Source of the DNA: Mobula hypostoma
Taxonomy: Eukaryota
Assembly (NCBI RefSeq): GCF_963921235.1
Contig: NC_086108.1
Location: 39,124,001-39,188,000, forward strand
Length of the DNA stretch: 64,000 bases
Reading direction: 5' to 3'
Shown here: positions 36,325 through 49,368 of the stretch, one piece after another
Layout: each line of letters starts with the position of its first letter
Position numbering within the stretch: position 1 is the stretch's first letter
Translations under genes and position numbers: made by a program
Notes under the pieces: generated by a model
What the model was told of the DNA's origin: nothing
Database searches by the model: none
Seen by the model: the letters and a program-made list of their open reading frames with translations, nothing else

Positions 36325-38390
36325 AGTTGATTCGCATGAGCGAGGAGCTGGCTAAAGTTGATTGGAAGGGGACGCTAGCTGGGATGACAGTAAAACAGCA
36401 ATGGCTGGGGCTTATGGGGGCAATTCAGAAGGTGCAGGATAGATACACCCCAAAGATGAAGAAGTATCCTAAAGGGAGGATGAGGCAACCGTGGCTGACA
36501 AGGGAAGTCAAAGACAGCATAAAAGCAAAAGAGAGGGCATATAATATAGCAAAAATTAGTGGGATGTTAGAGGATTTGGTAGTTGGATAAAAGAACAACA
36601 GAAGGCAACCAAAGAAGCCATAAGGAGAAAACTATGAAGGGAAGCCAGCCAAAAATATAAACGAGGGTACCAAAAATCTTTTCAGATATACAAAGAGTAA
36701 AAGAGATACAAGAGTAGTATTGGACTACTGGAAAATGATGCTGGAGAGGTAGTAATGGGGGACAAAGAAATGGCAGATGAACTTAATATGCATCTTGCAT
36801 CAGTCTTCATTGTGGAAGACATGAGTAGTATGCCAGAAAATTGAGAGTGTCAGGAGGCAGACATGAGTGTAGTTACTATCACTAAGGAAATGGTGCTTGG
36901 GAAGACAAAAGGTCTGAAAGTAGATAATTCACCTGGACCAAATGAACTACACCCTAGGGTCTGTAAAGGTAGGTGAAGACATTGTGGAAGCATTAGTAAT
37001 GATCTTTCAAGAATTGAGAGACTCTGGCATGGTTTTGGAGGACAGGAAAACTGTAAATGTCACTCCACTTTTTAAGAAAGGAGGGGCACAGAATAAAGGA
37101 AATTATAGGTCAGTTAGCTGGACTTCAGTGGTTTGAAAGATGTTGGAATCCATTAATAAGGATGAGGTTTTGGATACTTGGAGGCAGGTGATAAAAAGTA
37201 GGTCCAAGTCAACATGGATTCCTAAAGGGGAAACCTTGCCTGACAAATCTGTTGGAATTCTTTGAGAAAACAGACAAGATAGACAAAGGAGAGTCAGTGG
37301 ATTTCTTTATTTGGATTTTTTAAGAAGGCTTTTGACAAGGTGCTACACATGAGGCTGCTTAACAAGATAAGAGTGTGTGGCATAACAGGTTAAGATTCTA
37401 GCATGGATAGAAGGTTGGCTGACTGGCAGGAGGGAAAGAGTGGAGAAAAAGGTGGCTTATTCTGGTTGGCTGCTGGTGACTAGTGGTGTTCTGTAGCAGT
37501 CGATATTGGGACTGCTTTTTTCACGTTATATCGTATGTCAATGATTTGTATGACAGAATTGACAGCTTTGTGACCAAGTTTGCAAATGATACCAAAATAG
37601 GTGGAGGGTCAGGGAATGTTGAGGAAGAAGACAGTCTGCAGCAGAATGACTTAGACAGATTGGGAGAATGGGTAAAGTAGTAGCAGATTGAATATAGTGC
37701 AGGAAGGTGAAGGAATAAAGGCAGAAATAGACTTGGGAGTCCTTGTGCAGGAATCCCTAAAGGTTAACTTACAGGTTATAAATAAGGCAAATAACATGCA
37801 TTCATTTCAAAAGGAAAGATGTAATGCTGAGACCTTATAAGGAGTGGTCAGACCACACTTGTAATATTGTGAGCAGTTTTGTGCTCATTATCTAAGAAAT
37901 GATGCGCTGACATTGGAGAGGGTCCAGAGGTGGCTCACAAGAATGATTCCTGGACCAAAAGGGTTAACGTACAAGGAGCGTTTGATGGCGCTGGGTTTGT
38001 ACTTGCTGGAGTATGGAACAATGAGGGGAATCTCATTGGAACCTAGCAAATGTTGAAAGGCCTAGATGGAATGGATCTGGAGAAGATGTTTAATATAATG
38101 GGTGAGCTTAGGTCCTGAGGATACAGCCTCAGGATAGGGGACATCCATTTAGATAGAGAGGAATTTATTTGGCCAGATGGTAGTCAAGCTGTCGAATTCA
38201 TTGCAACTGATAGCTGTGGCAGCCAAATCATTGAGGTTAATAGGTTCTTGATTCATCAGGGAATCAAAGGTTATGGGGAGAAGGCAGAAGAATGGGGTTG
38301 AGAGGTAATAAATCAGCCATAATGGTATAACAGAGCAGACTCGATGGGCTGAATGGCCTAATTCTTCTCCTATATATTGAGGTCTTATAA
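36325..38390 (+). mobile_element. CR1 LINE, 5'-truncated (~2.05 kb), RT pseudogene
   Basis: ELAKVDWKGTL...QPWLTREVKDSIK, NVTPLFKKGG.QNKGNYRSVS, KFANDTKIGG; tail gatgggctgaatggcctaattcttctcc. Confidence 0.92.
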
Positions 38391-41300
38391 GATCCTAAAG
38401 GATCCCATCAGGGTGGTTGTGGAAAGGATGCTTCTACCTGTGGAAGAATTTATAACTAAAGGTCACTGTTTAAACACGAATACTTGATATTTCATACAGA
38501 GATGAGGTGGAAGCTTTTCTGTGATCTATGAGTCTTTGTAACTCTCTTCCTTATATGGTGGTTGAACCTGAAATTGAGAGTTTCGTTAAGCAACGTTGCA
38601 TTATTTATTTATTCATTTAGGTGCCCCTATTATAAGCACAAGTGTATTGCGCAGACATTCAGAACAAAGCCCTGAAAGGCTTCTTCACTGGTGATCCAAC
38701 TCTGACTACTCACTGCTAACCATAATGCCCAGCAACAGCAAAACCAATGACCTTGATGGACAGACAAAAGATTTTTCACTGCAGGATGATGATGTTATTA
38801 TGGTTAGGAAGGAACTCAGTGTTGAGGTTGCTACTGATTAGCCATGAAATTGGATCATGTGGCAACACAGGGTCAAGGTTCCTGCTTTGTTTGTTGGCAT
38901 GATATGAAGCAAAGGAAGCTGGGCTGGTAGAGGAAAAGTATGGTCCAGGTCTTTGAACAGCTACAACTTAGCTGAATAACTAAATAGACTTGAGGGATAA
39001 TTTCTCTACTCTTGTCTACAGGTTTTGAATAACTTTTTGTGAGTTGTAAAATTATTTTCAAATTCAAAGATAAAGAATCCCACATACTGATGAATTGGCT
39101 GATTTAATCCGGGTAACACTGGCAATTTCCAATTGGACTGCAATATTTCTAGAGACTGAAACTGGTCAGACTCTTCTCCTATCTTAAAAAAGAACAGTGG
39201 CAGTGAATTAAATTTTATTAAAGATTTCCACCTGGAAAGAGTCAAAAAGCAGTCTCTCAAAGTTACATTTACAGAGCTGGATCGACTTTATTTGCCAGCT
39301 GTGGACTTCCACCTTACTGCTGCTTCTACTTAAGCTTTGATTAACTTTTACTTTCAAAAGTCAAAGGTTAAATAAAGGAAGGGAAATGTTTTCTGTCAAA
39401 TAACTTACTGACCACTGACACCAACTTCCAGGAGAACACTGCTCTTAGTAATCAAATCAAAACAGAGGAAGTTGGTTTTCTAAACCTTAACATGACATGT
39501 CTACGGGCTACTTTCTTTTGCAGAAAATTGACACAAAGTGTGTAAAATTGAAACATTCTGCTTTTAAGGGGATTTGCTTTTGGCAACTGATGACTTCACT
39601 TCGATGGGAGTTACTGCACTACAAAGCCTTACCTGCCTAAAAAAAATGAGCTTGTTTGTTAGAGCACTTCCTTTTCTAAGTGAAGGTGACAATTTAACAA
39701 TCGCAATACTTCAAAATCAAAAGCAAACCAAATATTTTAATAATGGTTTCATGTCACTGCTGGATGAAGGATTTATTACAGTCTTGTCCCCATAGATTAG
39801 AAAGTCTAATCTATTTACAGAAGCAGAACAGTTACGATCCAAAATGAAGGAAATGCATTTTTCTTAAAAATAAACATGATGATGTACTTTGCACTACTAA
39901 ATTGGATAATGTCAATAACTGGACACAATTAAATAGCTGGTATCTTTGTATACAAATGCAACAAAGGTAATGATTTGAACAGGTTTTATTTTCAGGTCCT
40001 TTAGAAGCACAGAGTCATCACAGGGGTGACCACAAAAAAACCCTGGGAGCGTTCCTCACTGTGGATTCTTACCACTCACCGATAACCCATTAGACCTGCC
40101 AACAACAGCTTCAATGACCTTAAGAGACGGATATGAAAGTTTGTTCGAGAATAACAGAGGAGACAGAGGACAGGACATTCGTCTATTAACTGTTTGTGTT
40201 AATTTATTCCTGGGGCTTGAATTGCCTATCCCTCAACACCATCTATGCAACAAAGTTACTGCAACATTTCATTTCTTAACTTACCTAAATTAAAACTACT
40301 TAAATTTTCCTTTCTTCTTTGGCACTACTGTTAATAAAGAGGCTGAAGAGAGTCAAATGTCATTCACACATTCTCCATCAAAGCACGTCTGAAATCTAAC
40401 TTGAAGTAATTTCCCCAAGTTTTACTCTCTTCTCATGAGAAACTGTTCAAAAAATAATGCGGTTTGAAATGACTGGATACAAATCCGTGTATCACCATTG
40501 TTACTGTAGATTAGTACTGAACTGCACCTATTTTCCAGAAAGCATACTTAAATAAAAATTTAGAGGCTTCTGGAAATATATGACACTTGAAGTTCATTCT
40601 AATGGTTCAAAACCTGAAATGTTTTTATATCTGGGAAAAGAAAACATTCTCAACCAGATAAAATTTATTGCACAGGGTCCAAAAATCAAATGCAATTAAA
40701 ACAAGCACTGTGATTTAGAAGTAACTGAAAATCCCCTTAGGCCTTTCATCGCTCAAGTTTAAATCATTTTTGATTGTTCTTACCAAAATATTTAATGCTC
40801 AAAAATAATCTTCATTGTTTGTGAAACTGTGATTAGTAAGTTAGTATATTTAAAAAATGAAGTGATTTCTCCAAATACTTAACCTAACTCAATCAAAACT
40901 TCATTTAGTCAAGAAATGCCATTCATTTAAAGACTTCCATGAGGCTATTATAAACTATCACATGAAAGGAAAACAACAGAAATTTAAAAAGCGAGGGCTG
41001 CAGAGCTGGAGCTCAAGATTCCAAACACTAACAATTGAGAATATTTTTGAATATAACTCATTTTCCCCATCTGAGATTTAGCTGTAGAGATCAAAAGGTT
41101 CCTTAAAGAAGCTTTGGATTATGAAACTATGGTAGTGTTTTTATCTCAATCATGTGCATATATTCCCAGAACTATTACTGAAGAAAATAAGATTTTGTTT
41201 TGAATCAAGCATGAGATACATTTCATAGTGTTCATAGAAAGACTTTGGTAAACTTCAACAGTGGTTCATAAAGGAATGCAAAACTAAATATCTTAATTCT

Positions 41301-43829
41301 ATTTTGGCAACAAAAGTCATTTATAACACATCATACATTTTCAAATACAGTCATACTTTTGAATGAAGCGAAATTTTAAGTTAAAATCAGACTGAAACAT
41401 GAAATAATTACTATTACTCAGATGCACTATATCATACCAATGCATAGTGTACATCGTTTTATTCCAAAAAGCTATTTCACCCACTACTTCAGTAAAATAG
41501 AAATATTCAAAAATTAATCAATAGAGATTGACAATAACTGATTTTAAGTAGTTCCTTAGAGTTAAGAATTTGTAGAAAGATGTGTCATGAAAAGCATTTC
41601 TTTCAGTTTAGAAGATAAAAATTACTCAACTAAAGAAAGCTGCATATTTCAGGCTCAAACAGAAGAAGTCAACATGTATTTCGCATTCTGTTAGTATTAG
41701 TTTTGCAAATGATCTGTTTACAGTACTTAGTGGAGCAAAATATTAAAGAATATGAACCCTAGGACATCAAACAATGATAATTATCAAAAAAAAACAAAAT
41801 TCTTTATTTTGACAATCAATTAAAAATATTGAATATGGATTTTATTTTGTTCAGACTGCTTTTGTTAACTAACATCACTAGAATGTGCTAGTCTAACAAG
41901 AAGAGGTAATACACAAAAACTTCAGATGAAATGGCAATATATGCAAGTGCATAATAGAAATTGAAATCTTCTGGTTAAAAAATGATGACAAAGTTTTATA
42001 ATTGATATAATTCTCACAAAGAATCATGCACAACTATTTTCGAAGCAAAGACCAAGAAAATTATTGATAGAATTTGTCAATGACAAAAGTATAAATTACT
42101 TTCTTCCTGCATTAAAATTGAAAACATTACCCTCTACAAACACTAATCAAAAACAGCTATCATTATGGTGCTCGGATATGTGATTGCAAAGGTGACAACT
42201 CTGCTGTTTTGTGATTTAAAACATAGCAATGAGATTGAAAATTGTTCAAGGTAAAACTGCGCTTCTACTCTCCTGTGTATAGGTTGAAGTATTCTTCAGC
42301 ATTGAACAATAACAAAGACAATTTTTCTCTCAATTAAAATTTTTAGAAATTAGAATCCTCCAAAAACCATGTTCAAGCCAAAATATTTCTGTATCCATTT
42401 GTACTTTTTCACTGCATGTTCAGATTGATCAGGTAGTCAGGAAGCAACCATCACCTTTATATCTCTTGTGCTCTTGGTAGTAGGCAGAACTTATTTCATA
42501 CAACTTTAGGCTTTGTATGTAATAAATGGCAACTACAACTATAAGCTACGGCATCTTGATAATTCATGCAGCATTGAATGAAAAAATAGAACCCAAAGGA
42601 AAAAGGCACAGAACTAAAACACACAACCTATGTATGCCAGCTTCCTTAAAATAATGTAAATTTCTGAATGCCTGGAACTTAGCAAGATATAAACACTCAA
42701 ATAAGAATTTAAAACACATTGGACAACACAAAGCAAATCCAGAAGGAACTGATATCCTTGGGTGAAATTCCTCAATTATTCAAATATACCGATCCCTTTC
42801 CAGCTATCAATTTATCCAATTTTTCCTTCTTCAATTAACAGCAATTTCTATTTTAATCTCAGATATGCAACAACCACCTTTCAGTCAGCAACCAGCTGTT
42901 TCTTACCAACAATCAGCATTTGGATGGTGACCATAATTTGGGAAAACACCCTAATATCTGCTGATGGAAAGCAATTATTGATTGAATATTGAGTCAAAGA
43001 AGAATACATTGGAGAGGCTGACTGAAAACTTCGGCAATAGGAAATAGGACACGGAATAGGATTGGACCACTTGGCCTATCAAGTCTACTCCACAGAAGTT
43101 AGTCACACTTGGGGGTTGGCGGAATAATCTTAAAAAGGAGTTGAAGTGGATCAGGGAAGGAATTCAGATAGGAAACAGGAAGAGATGTATGTTTCATAAT
43201 TGTGTTCCTTCTCTGACCTACTTCACACGCAGGAAGATGAGAAAGTGAGCCACACAAGGAGCAAAAATTATGAGAACGCGGAGTATATGGGAGCTGAGAA
43301 ATAATTTGAACCAGGGAATGAAACTGCAATATTTCAGACTGGTCACTGAGAAGAGGAGTGATCGCACAATCTCTAGGATAGATTTTGGGCACAAAAATAG
43401 AGTAAGAATTTTAAGAACTACAGGGGTGGGTAGTCATGCCTGGAAGTGACAAACGCAGAAAGCTTTCAGCAGCAGGTAGTCACTTTACAAAGGTTTTAGT
43501 CTGTGGTTTTTGTCAAAGGTGATAGCAGGAACACAGCGGGTAGAGGGAAATGTATTGATGCTTGATATGAAAGTTGGAATACAAATTCAAGACATCGTGA
43601 ACAAAATTTCTCAGAAATAGTCAATGTCACTGGTATAGCAAATAATCAAAAAAAAAGTAATCACAGATTCTAGTGGGTACAGGAGTGCAACAAAAAAAAA
43701 AAGACCTGATACACTATTGCCATGCTTAATGCTGGAGACACCAATTCAAATTCAATTCAAATGATACTAGTTTTGCATGCATCTTAAACACAGTGCAAAA
43801 ATTCATAATTCATTTTAAATTCCACATAC

Positions 43830-43949
43830 CTGAGGATACAGATGCAGACTTTACATCCTGATGTTAAGCGGCAGAAACCAAACCTTTGCCTGCTTTCAAT
43901 GTCTGTGAGCACAAAAGTGAAGTGCTGTCCCACCTGACTACGTGAAACC
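43830..43949 (-). CDS. DENND1B: DENND1B coding exon, 120 nt, VSRSQVGQHFTFVLTDIESRQRFGFCRLTSGCKVCICIL(S)
   Basis: cttacag|GGTTTCA...ATCCTCAG|gtatgt. Contains the hallmark uDENN motif FTFVLTDxxxxQRFGFCRL. Phase 2 to 2. Confidence 0.96.
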
Positions 43950-44574
43950 CTGTAAGTGATAGGCATAAACATTTAGATTTCATGGACAGAATGTCAGTTG
44001 CATTAAAAGAGATAACTTGTAATGTCAAGCTACTTCTGAAGGAAACTAAAATGGCAGAAAATTAAAGTGTAGGAAGAAATAGTAGTAATTTTCTTTAAAA
44101 AAAATTCTTAAATTAGTTAATTTAATGAATTCGGTTGGTCAGAATATTTAAACACTGATAGTTCGGTGTTGATCTTGTTAACTCTGCAGAAGAACTGAAA
44201 GTTGACAAACAACAAATTTCTAAGGTTTGTAAAATGATGGGGGAAGGAGGGGAAAAGGAAGCAGTAGTGATCAGAGCAATTGGTTTACTGGTTCAATACT
44301 TTTTTTTAAATCAACCATTGATTATGGCTGAGTGAAAGCTGTAAAAATACAATAGTGAACTGCAAGTAAGGGCCTCAATAAGATTGATGCTTTGTGTGCA
44401 TGTTAGAAGGGGTCGGATAAAACTTAATGTTACATTTTCATTTTCAAGGATATTGGAATTTACTAAGCTCAGGCAATGCTTTTAATTTTTCAGTGCTTGC
44501 CTTCAGCATTAAATATTCAACATTTTGTCTCTGTTAATTTCAGTGAAATGTGGTAAAATATCCTGAAACACACC

Positions 44575-45205
44575 AGAGTACTAGAGCAATACAGTACATG
44601 TAGCATATATCCAGGCCTTTCGGCCCAACCAGTCTTTGCTGACCATAGAGCTGACCCAACCAGTTCCACTTTCCTGCATTCCACCCACATTCCTCAAAGA
44701 TCTACCCCTCCATGTACTATCCAAGTTCTTCTTAAAACTATTCTCTTGTATCTGCCTCCAACCACTTCCTCCGGCTATTCATTCCACATGATCATCACCC
44801 TCTGCATCAAAAGGTTGCCTCTCAGATCCCTTTTAAATCGTTCCCTTCTCACCCTGACCCTATGCACACTAGATTTGGAATTTCCCTACCCCAGGGAAAA
44901 GTCTGTTAGCATCTACCTTATCTATGCTCGTATTACTGTTGAACATTTCTGTAAGGTTGCCCCTCATATAACTGTGTTCTAAGAAATAAAGACCTTGCCT
45001 GGCCAACAGGCTTCTCATCCTGGCAACATTTCTGACAAATTCTCTCTGCACTCAGTACAATTGAACCATGATTTTCCTATAATAGGGTGACAAAACCACA
45101 CAAGTGCATTTTAATGTCCCAACTCCCACACTCAGTGCCCTGGATGATAAAGGCCAGTGTGTTAAATGCCTTCTTCATTACCCTGTCTACCTGTGATGCT
45201 GTTTT
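44575..45205 (-). mobile_element. CR1 3' fragment
   Basis: ORFs 44869 and 45077 on the minus strand: MRGNLTEMF..IDKVDANRLFP and SQVDRVMKKAFNTLAFI. Confidence 0.8.
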
Positions 45206-45389
45206 ATATCCTAATACTTGATCAAATATTGGGTGTTGCTGCTGCAAAGAATATTTTCTCTCAAACATTTCCAGTGAATGTTCGGTTTACAAACAGTTCT
45301 TCAAATATACTTTCACTAGTACCCAATGAACCGAAATCAATTGAGCGTGAAATAATTCCATGTAATTAATACAAGCTAATCTCTCATTA

Positions 45390-45680
45390 AGCACTTGCTC
45401 ACTCAACTTCACTCATCCCATCACTGAACTGTTCCCACAACCTATGGAGTCATTTTCAAAGACTCTTCATCTCATGTTCTCGATATTTATTTATATTTAT
45501 TATTCCTTTTTTTTATATTTGCACCGTTTGTTTTCTTTGCACACTGGTTGTCTGTTCTGTTGAATGCAGTCTTTCACATGATATTATCCACTGATTGAAT
45601 TCACTGTATACCTGCAAGAAAATGAATCTCAGGGTTGTATATGGTGACAAATATGTACTTAGATAGTAAATTTACTTTAA
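45390..45680 (+). mobile_element. Rex1-like 3' UTR fragment
   Basis: ttcccacaacctatggagtc...caagaaaatgaatctcagggttgtatatggtgac...aaatttactttaaaatttgaac; reverse complement of the 941 and 56146 tails. Confidence 0.7.
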
Positions 45681-46579
45681 AATTTGAACTTGTTAGAAAT
45701 AATCAGTCTGGAGAGGAAGGAAGGCTGTTTAATCAGAAAGGCTGCAAAGATTTTAATCATTCAGGTAGCACTTATTCTTTGAATTTTTATTTTAATATCA
45801 GCGTGCTTTACATACTTGAAGCCAGTGTGAAGGGCAACAAGAAATGTCTTGAATGAACATTAGGCTGGAAAGGAAGGAGCTGGTCGCTGTGATCCACCTT
45901 GAGTCTAGCAACATATTGAACTCCATTGGAAAACTACTGGTTGCTGTGCGTTAAATTAAGGAAATGGATGTCAGTAATTCTAACCGCTATCTATTACCTG
46001 AGCTAAGTAAATTGGTATCATGATAATCAGACTTAGGGAGGGGAATATATAGCTCAAGCAGTGGTATGGGAAAGTAAGGTTCTATTTCACAGACACTGAA
46101 TAGCACATTGGTTTAAAAAGTAAGAATACCAGAATCAGATTTATTATCATCAACTTATGCCATGAAGTTTGTGGTTCCACAGCAGTAACGCAGTGCAAAA
46201 CATAAAAATTACTATAAATTACAGTAATATATATAAAAAATAAACAATGCAAAAAAAGACTAAATTAGTGAGTAATAAAGAGTAAAATAAAGTGGTGTTC
46301 ATGGACCATTCAGAAATCCGATGGCAGAGAGAAAGAAGCTGTTCCTAAAATATTGCGTTGGCATTTTCAGACTGTTGCACCTTTGCATTCATGGTGGTAG
46401 TCAAAAGAGGGCATGTCCTGGATGGTGAGAGTTCTTCATATTGAATGCCACCTCTTTGAGGCATTGTGTTTTGAAGATGTCCTTGCTGGTGGGGAATCTA
46501 GTGCCCATGATGGAGGTAGCTTGAGTTTATAACCTTTTTTCCAGTCCTGTGTACTGACTCAGCTATACCACACCATTCG

Positions 46580-47172
46580 ACCATAAGACATAGGAGCAGA
46601 AACAGGCCATTCAGCTCACTGACTCTGCTCTGTATTTCATCATGGCTGATCCATTTCCCTCTCAACGCCATTCTCCAGCCCTCTCCCTGTAACCTTCCGC
46701 ATCCTGACTAATCGAGAATATCTATCTTAACTACACCCAATGACCTGGCCTTCATAGCTGCCTGTAGCAACAAATACCACAGTCTCACCACTTTCTGGCT
46801 AAAGAACTTCCTCCTCATCTCCATTCTAAATGAACATCCCTCTGTTCTGAGGCTAAGCCATTTGGTTCTAGACTCCCCTACCATAGGAAACATCTTCTCC
46901 ACATGCACTCTGCCTAGGCCTTCCAACATTCATAGGGTTCAATGAGGTTCCTCCTCATTCTCCTAAATTCCAATAAGTATAGCTCCTCATAAGATAGCCT
47001 TCTCATTCCCAGAATCATTCTCATGAACCTCCTCTGAACTCTCTCCAATTTGAACACATCCTTTCATAGATAAGGGACCCAAAGCTGCACACAATACTCC
47101 AAGTGAGGCCTCAGCATTGCATCCTTGATTTTATATTCCCGTCTTCTCAAAATGAGTACTAACATTGCATTT
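46580..47172 (-). mobile_element. CR1 3' fragment
   Basis: ORF 46708-46929 GLGRVHVEKMFPMVGESRT...EMRRKFFSQKVVRLW; tail accataagacataggagcaga. Confidence 0.85.
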
Positions 47173-47350
47173 GCAGATGATGATGCAACCAGTCAGAATG
47201 CTCTCCATGATTTATCTGCAGAAATTTGCTGGAGTCATTGGTAGCATACCACATGTCCTCAAATTCTAAATGCCTTCTTTGTAATTGCATCGATATATTG
47301 GGCTGAGGATAGGTCTTCTGAGATATTGATACTCAGGGACTTGAAAATTG

Positions 47351-49368
47351 ACTGGCTCCAGATCGCAGATCTGTCCAACTCCAATTCCAACAACACCGGA
47401 TGCCTTCAGTATGCAAATGACATGGCCCCTAGCTCCAGCTCCAGTTCCAACCTGGATCTCGGCCACCACCAGCTCCAGGCCAAGACCTTCCTCGCTGCCA
47501 CTGGGCCCCCAGGATCCCTTTCCCCCAGCACCACTCTCCAACACCAGGTCTCTCAAGCTCTCCCATCACTTGTTGGATCCTCCTCTTCCTCTCACTCTAC
47601 CTTCCCTGTACACCTCAACCCTCCTCTGACGCTACAAACTCTCCTCCCCTCTCTGAACCGAGTTCTAATTTCTGTCGTGCTTTCACTATGCCCTCTGATC
47701 TTCCCCTCTCTCAGGCGGATCATTCTGTTGCCAGCCAAGACCTTACCTTTGTACCCCATTACCTACAGCTCAGTGAGTTCTGCATCTCCCCAATGCCGAG
47801 CTCTTCTTCCATCACCTCTGTCTCCAAACCCACTTCTTTGGCAAGGATTCCCCATCCCGCACGGATGACCCCTTCTCCCATCTCCAACCTTCCTCCTTTT
47901 CTTGGAGGCCCTACTCTGGATCTTTTCATCTCTTAATTGTTGACAATATGTCAATCAACTTGACTTCAGCACTCCTCTCTCCTCCTCAAATCTTACCTCT
48001 TCTTAGCATACTGCCCTCTCATTTCGTGACACCAATTCCAACCTTACCACCAAACCTGCAGACAAAGTAGGTGCTGTTGTAGTGTGGCAGACCAACCTCT
48101 ACCTTGCAGTGGCCAGGTAGCAACTCTCTGACACCTCCTCCCTTAGCTACACCTTGAAGAGGACCCTACTCTGGATCATCAGAAAATTGTCTCCAACATA
48201 ATCACTAACCTCATGAACTCTGGAGAACTCCCATCTTCTACTCCAAGCTCATAGTTCCCTTACCCTGCACTGCTCATTTCCACCTCATATCCGAGTTCTA
48301 CAACCCTATCCCCATCGAGAAGGCCTTAAAGCTTTCCGTTTCTTTATCAAAAGACCCAGCCAGTTCCGTTCCACCACCACCCTCTCCATCTGGCAGAACT
48401 GGTCCACACCCTCAACAATTTTTCCATCTGCTCCTCCTGCTTTCTCCAAAATCAAGGGGTAGCCATGGGCATCTGCATAGGACCCAGCTATGTCTGTCTT
48501 TTCTTTGGCTATGTAATGAATGTTCCAAAACTTCCCTGGTAATGCCCCCCAACAGTCCATTTCTGAGACCTCACTCCACTTCCTCAAACTCTCTGTCTCC
48601 ACCTCTGGAGACAAACTGTCTAGTGACATCATTTATAAACCTACCAATTCCCAAGGGTATCTTGACTATACCTCTTCCTACCCTGTCTCGTGTAAAAATG
48701 TTATTCCCTTTCCAAAGTTCATTCACCTCTGCCACATCTGTCCCCAGGATGAGGCTTTCTAGGACATCAGACATTATCCTCCTTCCAAGAAAACGGTTTC
48801 TTATCCTCCAGTATTGATGCTACCCTCACCTGTGTCTCTTATTTCGCAGACATCTGTGCACAACCCATCTTCCTACTGCCTTTACAGGGATAGAGTTCCT
48901 CTTCTCCTCACCTACCATGCCATGAGTCTCCACATCAAAAACATCTTTCTCCACAACCTACACCATCGTCAACAGGACCCTCCCAACAAACCCATATTTA
49001 CCTACCCCCAACTCTCCACTTTCCACAGGGATTGCTCCTTCCGTGATTCCCTTATCCATTCGTCGCTCCCCACTAATATATCTCCCGTTATACTTTTTCC
49101 CTTACCTCCTTTCAGGGCCACAAACTGTCATTCCAGGTGAGGCAACACCTCACCTAGAAATGTATTGTGGTCATCTATTGTATCAGGTGCTCCCGACGTG
49201 GCCTCCTCTACATTAGTGAGGCATGTCATAAACTGGGAGAAAGCTTTGTTGAGACCTCTGCTCCATCCATCAAGAGTGGAATTTCCCAGTGGTCAACCAT
49301 TTTAATTCCTATCCCCATTCTCGTTCTCACATGTCAGTCCACGGCCTTCTCTTTTGCCACAATGAGGA
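47351..49368 (+). mobile_element. Penelope-like element remnant (RT plus GIY-YIG endonuclease)
   Basis: PSDLPLS, KPADKVGAVVVW (DKG motif), GVAMG, YKPTNSQGYLDYTSSYP, RVPLLLTYH and VIYCIRCSRRGLLYI(S)E (GIY-YIG). Confidence 0.85.

Noticed and set aside
43784..43972. 62-aa ORF treated as a standalone gene
   Set aside because: Only 43830-43949 is exon; the ends are intron read-through.
47326..47868. 180-aa Ser/Pro/Leu-rich ORF
   Set aside because: Low-complexity reading of the pyrimidine-rich 5' part of the Penelope remnant.
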